Source: the human T2T-CHM13v2.0 reference genome, Homo sapiens. Taken from it: a DNA stretch of 64,000 nucleotides. Positions within the stretch are counted from its first letter, which is position 1. Each line of letters starts with the position of its first letter. Below, piece by piece: positions 13,471-24,201 of the stretch. Both the position numbers and the translations under genes were made by a program. The notes under the pieces were generated by a model, which saw nothing but the letters and a program-made list of their open reading frames with translations, was not told the origin of the DNA and did no database searches. Location: NCBI RefSeq assembly GCF_009914755.1, contig NC_060938.1; one strand, written 5' to 3'.

Positions 13471-14220
13471 CCCAACAGTTTTCAACTACATCATGCTGTC
13501 TTGCACTGTAATAAAAAACAATAATGAAAGCACATACCTCTCTTTTCACAAGGGCAATGCCTTCATCCCAGTGGCTGTACATTCGTAAAGAACGAAATGA
13601 TTTTAGTCATTCTGGACCCATAGTTGCTGCTGCTAAACAGCACTTCTTTTTAGCACTCTAAAAATTTAGACTTTAAAAAGTCTTTGAGTTTACCTCCAAA
13701 AGGAGTTGCCCCCCACAGGAACTTTAGAGATAACTGTCCTATCTTCTGAAGAAATGGTCAGTTAGCTTCGCACATTTAACACACACACACTTCAGAATCT
13801 TGATGGACATATATATCTGAGCAAGTTCCAGAGTATCATACAATAAAATTGTATGATGACACAGGTTAAAGGACAGATACATCTTTCTAGTTGGGGTAAA
13901 CTTTAAAGAAATTGCTGAGGCTTTATTACACACCCATTCCAGGACTACTTTTCTTTCTGCACCACTGTTCCTCCACCTAGAACCCACACAATAGCAATGC
14001 CCTTTCTTCCTTCTTTATCTATATTATGCCTACCCACTTTCAAGTCTTAACTGTTCCGAGCTTTTTCAAGTTTTCTCCAACCACAATAGGAAATGTAATT
14101 CCTCTCTCTTCTTCTAGATACACACATTTGTGTATTTCTCATAGCCTTATTTTATTTGTTTTTCCATTTGTTTCTATCTCCTGGATTCATGCATAACCTC
14201 TTTGATTTTACAGCACTTAC

Positions 14221-15976
14221 TGAGAGGTGACAGTGTGCTGGCAGCCCTCACAACCCTCGCTTACTCTCTGTACCCATTCTGGCCACGCTTGAGGAGCCCT
14301 TCAGTCCGCCGCTGCACCGTGGGAGCCCTTCTCCGGGCTGGCTGAGGCTGGAGCCGGCTCCCTCGGCTTGTGGGGAGGTGTGGAGGGAGCAGCATGAGTG
14401 GGAACCAGGGCTGCGCTGGGCGCTTGTGGGCCAGCTGGAGTTCCGGGTGGGCGTGGGCTTGGCGGCCCTGCACTCGGAGCGGCCTGCTGGCCCTGCCGGC
14501 CCTGAGCAATGGGGGGCTTAGCACCTGGGCCAGCAGCTGTGGAGGGTGTGCCAGGTCCCCCAGCACTGCTGGCCCACCAGCACTGCACTTGATTTCTCGT
14601 CCAGCCTTAGCTGCCTCCCTGCGGGGCAGGGCTCGGGACTAGCAGCCCGCCCCCTCCCTCGCCCCCCCTCCCCCCCGCCCCCGCCCCCGCCCCACCCCGC
14701 CCCACCCCACCATGGACTCCTGCGTTGCCTCAGCCTCCCTGAGGAGCGCAGCCCCCTGCTCCATGGTGCCCAGTCCCATCAACTGCCCAAGGGCTGAGGA
14801 GTGCGGGCGCACCACACAGGACTGGCAGGCAGCTCCACCTGTGGCCCTGGTGCGAGATCCACTGGGTGAAGCCAGCTGGGCTCCTGAGTCTAGTGGGAAC
14901 TTGGAGAACTTTATGTCTAGCTAAGGGATTGTAAATACACCAATCAGCACTCTGTATCTAGCTCAAGGTTTGTAAACACACCAATCAGCACCCTGTGTCT
15001 AGCTCAGGGTTTCTGGATGCACCAATCGGCACTCTGTATCTAGCTAATCTGGTGGGGACTTGGAGAATCTTTATGTCTAGCTAAGGGATTGTGAATACAC
15101 CAATTGGCACTCTGTATCTAGCTCAAGGTTTGTAAATGCACCAATCAGCACTCTGTGTCTAGCTTAAGGTTTGTAAATGCACCAATCTGCGCTCTGTGTC
15201 TAGCTGATCTGCTGGGGACTTAGAGAACCTTTATGTCTAGCTAAGGGATTGTGAATACACCAATCGGCACTCTGTATCTAGCTCAAGGTTTGTAAATGCA
15301 CCAATCAGCACTCTGTATCTAGCTCAGGGTTTGTAAATAAACCAATCGACACTCTGTATCTAGCTAATCTAGTGGGAATGTGGAGAACTTTTGAGTCTAG
15401 CTCAGGGATTTTAAACGCACCAATCAAGCACCCTGTCAAAACGGACCAATCAGCTCTCTGTAAAACAGACCAATCGGCTCTCTGTAAAATGGACAAATCA
15501 GCAGGATGTGGGTGGGGCCAGATAAGGGAATAAAAGCAGGCTGCCTGAGCCAGCAGTGGCAACCCGCTTGGGTCCCCTTCCACACTGTGGAAGCTTTGTT
15601 CTTTCACTCTTTGCAATAAATCTTGCTGTTGCTCACTCTTTGGGTACACATTGCCTTTATGAGCTATAACACTCACTGCGAAGGTCTACACAGCTTCACT
15701 CCTGAAGCCAGCAAGACCACAAAGCCACTGGGAGGAACGAACAACTCCAGACATACCGCCTTAAGAGCTGTTAACACTCACTGCGAAGGTCTGCAGCTTC
15801 ACTCCTGAGCCAGCGAGACCACAAACCCACTAGAAGGAAAAAACTCCGAACACATCCAAACATCAGAAGGAACAAACTCCGGACACACTGCCTTTAAGAA
15901 CTGTAACATCACCGCAAGGGTCCGCGGCTTCATTCTTGAAGTCAGTGAAACCAAGAACCCACCAATTCCGGACACA
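14221..15976 (+). mobile_element. Solo LTR12C (HERV9 LTR), full length
   Basis: TGAGAGGTGACAG start, CCAATTCCGGACACA end, TTAC TSD (14217-14220 and 15977-15980). Tandem CACCAATCAGCACTCTGTATCTAGCT repeats, AATAAAA promoter box at 15529, poly(A) signal at 15615. Confidence 0.95.
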
Positions 15977-18900
15977 TTACTACATAGCTACATGCATCAT
16001 CTACAGCAGTTATACATTAATTAGTTGACTGAATTTATGAGAACTGAACCTAAACAGGCCTAGAGTTTCTGTGGGGAATTCAAACTGGTCACCACTTCTG
16101 AAAAGTGGCACATCTTCCTCCAGTATTTTCTTGCCTTCCTAGTAAGCAGTCCAGCACAGGTGAGGCAAAAACCCAACTCAGTTACACTCAGGAGTAAAAG
16201 ACGGAATGCTCCAATGATCAATCTGTACCCAACCTTTCCTTGTGTTCCCAAATCCCACAATCCATCAGTGAGAAGAGTAATCTGGTTCAGAGTGACCACA
16301 GGCTCTATTAAGAGCCCTTTATCTCCTCATCCTTTCCTTTCAGGACACCAGAAAAATCTCCCTTAAGATGGTATTTCTTCAGGCAGACAGCAGGCATTTT
16401 TCTTTTTCATCCTGATGCACTACAACAAAGTTCTAGTGGCTTCAGATAAAAATATATGCTTTTGCTGTTTTGCCATTATTTAAAGGGTAGATACATTTTT
16501 CCAATAGCCTTTACTTCCTACTCACCTCCTTCAGATCTCAGCTGTCTTTTGTGCTGTCCATTAAGACTTAGAGACGCCTAGCTGTGAACAAACCCTTCCT
16601 CTTTCAGGAAGATGTGTTTCCCCTTCTACAGGATCACTTGATTATTTTTATTTCCACCATTCACATTACAACAAAACAAGACAAAAAATATACTGCTTGA
16701 AGATACTGTAACATGTCATACACATGACCCCAAATTTCAGCCACACCACAGTCCTTAATATAGATTTGAGCAGGAACAGCAAGAAACTGAGGTTCCTGTT
16801 TATGCAAAGTTGTAGAGACACAAAGTGTAAGTTACATCATAATTTCTAATGCCTTTCATCATACCATAATATGTATTTAAATAACAAATGTGTAATAGCC
16901 AAAAATATGTTTATAATAGTTGAAATCCTCTTCTGTAACTCCTAGGGAATATATCATTTGGATGTTGAAACAGAAAGCACAGATCTTACTCAATTCAATC
17001 AATGAAATCAGCAGGAAAAGAAACAGTTTTTAAAAATGTAAGATTAGAAATGGCATAGTGTCTTGGAAAAGTAGCAAGAAACTGATATAGAAAAGCTGAA
17101 ATGGGATCAGTGCAAGGTGGTATAGTTAGAAAAGAAAATGGAATTGCACCGGTATAAAACGGAAATAATTAAGTACATGCCCCATTATTTTAATAAGAGA
17201 TTTTAGTAATTTGTAAAAAACAAATTCATCTAATGAATACAACTGGACCCTGGAGAAAATAAGTTTCACAAACAATGCAGGACCTCCATCTGCCTGACAT
17301 AATGGTAAAATCACTGTGCCTTGAGTTAGTGAGATGATTTAATGATATCTTAAAGTCTCTTCTCCCACTTTATGATTTTACAGGGCCAAAAGATTATTAA
17401 TTGGATTTGAAAATAAAGATAGGATATAGTTTTCTATGAATGCAATATTTTATTGTTTGCTCTAAGTAATATAGTGTTTACACTCAGTCACTGAAGCAAA
17501 GAAACAAAAGTTATTTTGTGGGACCATTAAGTTAATGTCAATTACAAAGAAGCTAAAAATGTTCACTCTTTTCATACTTTAAATATATGCAATATACTTT
17601 GCATGTCCTTCCAAAATAGCCAAAAGGGAGCCTAAGGAAGACCTTATCTTATTTAACTGAGATGACAGCACATTCCCTTAGTTAATCTGAGCTACCAAAG
17701 AGCATAAGCTCTCGAGCTCAGTTCCCAGAGTAGGTCAGTGTATCTGGCTGTTTGCTGTTGCCTTTATAGATTACAAACCTTGAGCCCAACCCTTGCAAGA
17801 CTCTTCTCAAAGCATGAGGATCAAATCAGAGAATATGAGTGATGAATCGCCTCTATACCTGGAACACAACCCAAAACCATGGTTCCTGACAATGTTTTAA
17901 TAAAATACAATTGAACTCACAAGGCTTATGCTATAATCCCATCCCCATGAGTCCTACTGCAGTTACATTAAAATAATAAGTTTTAAAGAAGTACAGAGCA
18001 CATCCTTGCAGAAAAGTTTATTTGTACCCTGCTTCTCAACCAGGGTTTAAGGTGTTTCACAACTATAAAACAAAAATAAAAATATTGGCAAAATATAAGT
18101 ATAAAGAAGCATAACCAGAGATAATAAGATTAAGCAAAGAAATCAAGATCATGAAAAATGCCTTCCTGGAATTACTTTTGTGACATCTATTCACCGGAAT
18201 TATTTCATCTCTAAACTTTTATCTCTGACTGTTAATTGTCTAAACCCTGGCACTCTCACTGACTTATTCATTGTAAAATAAGTTAGGCTCAACTTGCTCA
18301 ATCTAAAATACTTATTAATCCACTTAGGGGCTTTCCCAGGGAAATATAGGACATGAGCAAGTAACACTATATAAAATAATCTGCCCATTTTGCATGTGAA
18401 ATCTCAGTAATATGACCAACAAGGACAATTTTTGAATGGGCAAAAATGATCCCAAGATACAATGAGCAGCCCAGCCACTTTTCTTTCATGATCGTGGCCA
18501 TGGTGGTGACAATATAAGAATGTGCATGAGTGTGTAGGGACAATGGAGTGAGAAGAGGAAAAAGAGGTTGGAGCTGATGGTATGTAATAGAGCTTCACAT
18601 TGATTTTTTAACAGCATTTATTAAAATAATCTCTTCCTCTTTTCCTACAGACTAACACCCTAAATATGGTTTAGTCAAAGGCAGTATCTCATCACACGGC
18701 CTCTCCAAACCCAATCTGAAAAAAAAATCATAATCAATATACCTTCGGATAGCTTTGCTATGAGAATGGCAACATCCTGAGACTGAATGTAATGGCCAAC
18801 TGACCATCCATGTCATTCTTATCCCTTCCTATCCATCCAGATTCAACCCACTAAAATACCATCTGAAATATCTTCCAGAGCTTTCTTGTGTCACTTATGC

Positions 18901-20818
18901 CCTTGTTCTTAATTTCACCAAGGCCATTTCTGTCCAGCTACTGCCTGGGCTGTCATTCTTAAATTGTATGAGATTTACTGATATTACCTGAATTGAGTTA
19001 ATATAGCTTGCTAATTTGTCATACTCAAGTGTTTCTTAAGCTTACTCTATTTATTACTTCTAATGCATTCTGAAAGCTATTTTTGGACAGTGAATTAACC
19101 ATTTCAGGACACCAAATCACCGTTTGATTTGGTTCCCAAAAAAGCTATTCAGACTTGAGTTGTATTTTGTTTTTTGTTTGCAGTGGGGATTTGTCTGTGC
19201 TGATGCATTCATAATGTTTAATAACTTCCTTGGAAATTAAAGGCATGATGACCAGAAGTAAAATTACAGAATATGTCAATAGAGTACTTCTTCTTTTTTT
19301 AGCAAGCCAACTGATAAGTTTACAGGAGATACAATTATTGATATGATGTCATTGTCAATAGGATCTCTAGAAAACACAGTTAACCCAAATGACTTACTAC
19401 CATACAATGACTTACAAAGAAAACTTTCAAAACTAAGAAAATGCATTGGATCACTTAGCTCTAGGTACTTCAATAAGCATACAGATAGCTAGGTTTTACA
19501 TTCCAATTCTTGAAGCTACATCGATTAGTTATCCTAAATCTAATGAAATGTGAGTGCAACAAAATTAATAACGTGAAAAATAGATACCAGTTCATTTAAT
19601 GACTTTTTGTTATCCAGTGATGTTTAATTAAGCTAAAAGGAAAATTCAAACAAAACTTTAACATTCCAAGAGTATTTGGGAGAATTATTTTAATATAAAT
19701 AACTTTTTAAAATCCAATAAGCAAAAATCTATAGCTTAAGGAAGTAAAATTTTTTAAATGCACATATATATATTGCCAAATATATATGTCAAATGGGTAG
19801 TATCCATTAAAATTGCCTTGGTTAGTCCATATGATTTTTTTGTGCTATTCTATTATGAAGAGGTTTTCTTGCAATTTTTCCTTCAGAAATATTTTCAAAT
19901 AATTTATATTACTATAATGTTACATCTGATATTGAAAATGTAATAAATATAAAGTACAAATCCCACTTAAAAAATTTATAGGACAGAATTATTGGTGGAA
20001 GGCAGGCAGTTAAGAGATAATCTCCCTCATCCAACTGTGACACCATATATAAATCTTAGCTATTGTGCAGTTCGTTTGCTAAGCACTATTCCCAGATAAA
20101 TGACAGTAAGTTCCTAGGTCTATAGCAGAAACTTTTACACTTAAGTATTGCACAGGGTTGTCAAACAGATTGGGCATAACAGGAAGAAGATTAAAATACT
20201 TGAGACAATATAATCCATGTGTTACAGCAAATATTCTCAATTCACTAAAAAACAGAATCTGAATTTCATGCTCAGAGTTTTTCAGTGAGGAAGTAGAGGA
20301 GAAAAGGGATACCCTAGCTATTCCAGGGAAGAAAGTTTATAATGACATAGTTCTCAATCATGTAAACAATTTTAGGCTACAATGAAGTGATTTTGCCTGA
20401 GTAACCTAGAAAATCATTTGTGTTTCCTCTTGAACCATGATACTAGAAAACACTATTGAGAAATATTACTTTGTGTGTAGTATGAATGGCTTTACATGTA
20501 GCAAATATAAGCAAATAAAGGAATACAGATTTTTATGCTAGCAAAGTTCCTGTCTAGGCTGTTGAAGTTTCTGTTTATAATAACCCTGCCTTTTAAATTA
20601 ATCATTCTCAAAGTTATTCATATAAAATGTTCAAAACACACTTTTTAACTTTACACTAAATCTTATGTCTATGTCCTTTACAATTGATTCCTTTTTTTGA
20701 TAAATTTAAAAAATGTTCTCTTCCTTATAAATGCTTCCACAAATAAAAACAAAACTACTTTAGGTTAAGAAAGTTCATGACTTACAAAATCAAAGCAATG
20801 AAACTGTAAGCCTATGTT

Positions 20819-21005
20819 AGTGCTTCTCAACTTCAGTGTCCACTGTAATCATCACTCGAGGTGATGAACACAAATCACTGGGCCCTACACTCTGAGTTTC
20901 TAATTTAGAAAGTCTCAGAGGGGCCCAAAAATGTGCACTTCAAACAAGTTCCAGGGTGATGCTAATGCTGAAGATTAGGGGCCTAATCTTCTTTGAGAAC
21001 CTAAC
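20819..21005. mobile_element. MER5A (hAT-Charlie) DNA transposon
   Basis: TAGTGCTTCTCAAC ... AACAAGTTCCAGGGTGATGCTAATGCTG ... CTTTGAGAACC. Confidence 0.75.
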
Positions 21006-22492
21006 TTCTGTGACAGGTAAAACATATCTTAAAAGTAATACATAATTTTTAACCCACCTCATAGCTGTGACATTTATAATGGCCAGGAATACTGATTAAT
21101 ATTTTTCACACAAAAACAATTCTATTCCTGGCTACATGACTAATAACCACATCAATATAAAAACAAAACTAAATGAAAAAGACCCCCACTTTCATTACAA
21201 TCATCAGCTCAGTAGCAGAACTGCCTCCTTGTTTATTGTTAACAGACATAAACACAGGATTATTTTAATGCAATTGTTTCCTATTTGTCTTCTCTGCTAG
21301 ATCTTACCCTTTTCCACTACCCAATCTGAGACTTGCCAGGGCAAATAATCTGAATAACAAAAAGTGACAGGAAAATGGAACCATGTCCTTCTGATCCAGA
21401 TAGTTCCAGCAATGTACCACTGTCTCCCCACGTCCCCAACCTTTCTCACTTCTCATCACCCCATCACACACACATACACTCACACATGCATACATACAAA
21501 TTTAAAAAACAAACCAGAACAAAAAATTCCTTTTAGCTAAGATGATCTGAATCAATGAGAGAGGAATACAGAGTTAGGCATGGGATGAGAAGAATTCAGA
21601 CTCTCCCATCCTAAGGAACAGCCCTTTGAGAAAGCTTTATCTCCAGCATTCCTACATCGCTAGAATCCCCGTTTTTCTCAGCTGTTCAGAGGGCACCGGG
21701 GTCCAGGATAGTCACAAGAGCACTAAGTTAATTCCTACTCTTTTCAGGCCCCACCTCCTGTTGTCAGTCAAACCTTGAGGTCTGCCAGGAGACTCAGCAT
21801 CTCTCTCATACACACGTCCCCCCATTACCACAACCATCACCACCACGAGACAAGTTGTCTTTCACTTGGGAAGGAGGGGTTGGGAGAGGGGACATTCTGA
21901 TCCTTAGAGTCGGGAGAAAGTGAAGGTTTCTTGGGAGCCAAGAAGGGAGCTAGAAACACAGGAAAGGGGAGGAGCAGATGGAGTGCAGTGGGTACCAGAG
22001 CTCACCTCAGCACTGTTCAGCCCTGGACAGAACACAGTGGACACAGTAAAGGCTGGGTCTGTAGCATTCATCCCCAAACACCCACCCACTGTGCACTCCG
22101 TTCCCAGAGAGTTTGAGGACTCAGGATTCACTGGCACCTGTGTCCACTCTGCAGTCAGTTCCAGGGTCTGCAGGGAAAGCTCTGACACTTCCACAAATAT
22201 TCATTCCTTTTTGCCCTGGGTCAGCCATTGACTTAGTCCTGCAGCACCGGAGTCCAAACCCCTGAGTGAAACCAAGGGCAAGTGGGCTGGATTTTCAGCA
22301 CACATTCTGTGGACACTGACTCAGGGGCGAGGGGTGGGACCGGCTGTGGGCGGGTCTTGGCTTGATGTCCCCTCAAGGGGTGCACCTCTAACCTCCCACC
22401 AGACCTCAAAAACACAGAAGTTATTTTTTGGGCACCACCTGCTTGTCCCAAGAGAAGACATACATTTTAGTCCACTATTAACTATGACCTGG

Positions 22493-22493
<1 letters not shown>

Positions 22494-22529
<36 letters not shown>
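22494..22529 (+). repeat. (TG)18 microsatellite
   Basis: Perfect TG dinucleotide run. Confidence 0.95.
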
Positions 22530-22531
<2 letters not shown>

Positions 22532-23375
22532 TCCATCCTGAAAGCTAAGGGTGCCAACTGCTGACAGGCAAAAAAACCTGTATTTGCTTTTGAGGACTTC
22601 AAAACCTCCTAATTAACAAGCTTGCCCTTCTCTAGTTCCTAAACCTAAATCTGGGTTTTCCAGAGGGGAGATGAGATTGTGTTCCCGCTGCAGCGAGCTA
22701 GTGTCCTGCCCTGGAACCCAGACGCGCGGACTTAGCAGTCCGTTCATTCATGCACTTGCTCATCCATTCACACAAACATGTCCCTTAATTGTGTCTGGCA
22801 CCGAGAATCTTGCCTGCTATTTTCCCCTCCCGAAGTCAGTGCTCATGGCAACCGCTGGTGCAGAACGCAACTCAACTGTCACCCCACTTCCTGAGCCGGA
22901 AAATCAAGGCATGTAGGCATTCACAGAAAAAGGAAAAGGTGGAGAGGAGGAGGCGGCGGGGGCGGAGAGGGGTGGGGAGACTCACGGGGTCACACTGGAA
23001 GCTTCCCTGGGGGGTGGGGGGAAACCGTGACACCGACACCGTGGCATGCAAGGAGCCAAACCATTATTAAATCAAAGACTGCTGGAGCTCGGATTCCCCG
23101 CGGGGATAAATCAAGTGCAAAGCCGCTCGTTCGCACGAGTGCGTTGCTGCCGGCTAAACCCAACTCCGAGCCAGAGCCCAGGCGCCGGGGAAGCGGCTCG
23201 CAGCCCAATCCGCAGCGCGCTCGCTGCCTCTTTATCGCTCCCAATAACGTGATGAAGTGTAAATCAAATGCCACGCCGGGAGGGGCCCCGGAACGGCGCG
23301 AGTCGTGCATTTTCGCTCACCAGCCTATCTTGCCTAAGAATCACAAGGTCACGATAGCGTCGCGATTCCACTCAC

Positions 23376-23448
23376 CGTACACTCCTTGGCCAGAGATCCC
23401 CTCCAGGAGGACTGTCAGCAGCCACACGAGACCGTACAGTAAATCCAT
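23376..23448 (-). CDS. MDGA2: MDGA2 first coding exon segment (signal peptide, MDLLYGLVWLLTVLLEGISGQGVY + 1 nt)
   Basis: ATG at 23448 in strong Kozak context (AAGATGG), 24 codons of a hydrophobic signal peptide, then TACG|GTGAGT phase-1 donor (GT at 23375-23374). The peptide matches the recalled MDGA2 N-terminus, which continues APPTVRIV in the next exon outside this window. Confidence 0.95.
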
Positions 23449-23655
23449 CTTCACGTGAACATGAACATATCCAGCCCAGGGGGTACGCAACGGGACCTTC
23501 AGGAGGCCGGCGGCCAGCCAGGCGCGCTCCACTCGCGCCCGGGCCAAGCCGAGGTGCCCGGGAACCGCTCGCCGAAGGAGGAAGCGCCGTCCGTCTGTCC
23601 TTCCCCGGCGGCGGCGGCGAGCGGAGCGCAGGAGCCCCGCACTCCACACACTCAT
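23376..23655 (-). CDS. MDGA2: MDGA2 exon 1 with in-frame upstream ATG giving a 69-aa Arg-rich N-terminal extension (MSVWSAGLLRSARRRRRG...)
   Basis: ATG at 23655 is 207 nt upstream of and in frame with ATG 23448, with no stop (ORF 23341..23667). Weak context (TGCATGA). Resembles the recalled longer annotated isoform. Confidence 0.65.
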
Positions 23656-23848
23656 GCACACACACACTCACACACACTCACACACTCTCCCACAACACAA
23701 TACCCTGACACACACTCACACGCACGCCGCACTCACACCGGGTGCCTGGGAAAATCGCAGACGCCGGGGAGGAGCAGGGGGCGGTGATGGGAAGGGGAGC
23801 TGCGAGGCGAAGTGTTCTTCAGGGAAGCGGGCTCGAGTCTCCGCAGCT

Positions 23849-23866
23849 GCGGCGGCGGCGGCGGCG
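23849..23866 (+). repeat. (GCG)6 trinucleotide repeat in the MDGA2 5' region
   Basis: GCGGCGGCGGCGGCGGCG read directly. Confidence 0.9.
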
Positions 23867-24169
23867 CGCTGGGCCGGCGGCGGGCGCGGGCAGGGGGCCG
23901 GGGGTGCCGCGCGGTAGGAGCCTGGCTTGGACAGCCGAGGAGCAGGAAGTGGCCTCTGACCCAGGACACCGAGCAGGGCTCTCTTGCCTGGATTCGCCTT
24001 TACAAAGTAACTCGCGAAGGTCCCCGGAGGGGCGTCAAGCGGCGACAGCGGCCCGCCCGCCCGCAGTCCGAAGCCCCCAGCCCTGCTGTCTTGCCTTCCC
24101 CCATTCCATCAGTTGCCATTGCAACGCCAATCCTGTTACACGATACAGACTCGCATCGCCGAACGGGGA

Positions 24170-24201
<32 letters not shown>

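Larger units (their letters stand above)
1..23375 (-). other. MDGA2: MDGA2 intron 1 (5' part; continues beyond window start)
   Basis: Starts at the canonical GTGAGT donor. No ORF encoding the next MDGA2 exon (APPTVRIV...) appears in the window. Confidence 0.85.

Noticed and set aside
14930-15480. Regularly spaced ~41-bp direct repeats superficially like a CRISPR array
   Set aside because: They are the known tandem enhancer repeats of the LTR12 U3. There are no unique spacers or cas genes, and the context is eukaryotic.
14261-15808. Cluster of ORFs in a GC-rich block resembling a second CpG-island gene
   Set aside because: Entirely within the LTR12C.
23341-23375. Read-through C-terminus GEWNRDAIVTL-stop of the exon 1 ORF
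   Set aside because: Intronic sequence after a consensus donor; relevant only if intron 1 is retained, for which there is no evidence here.
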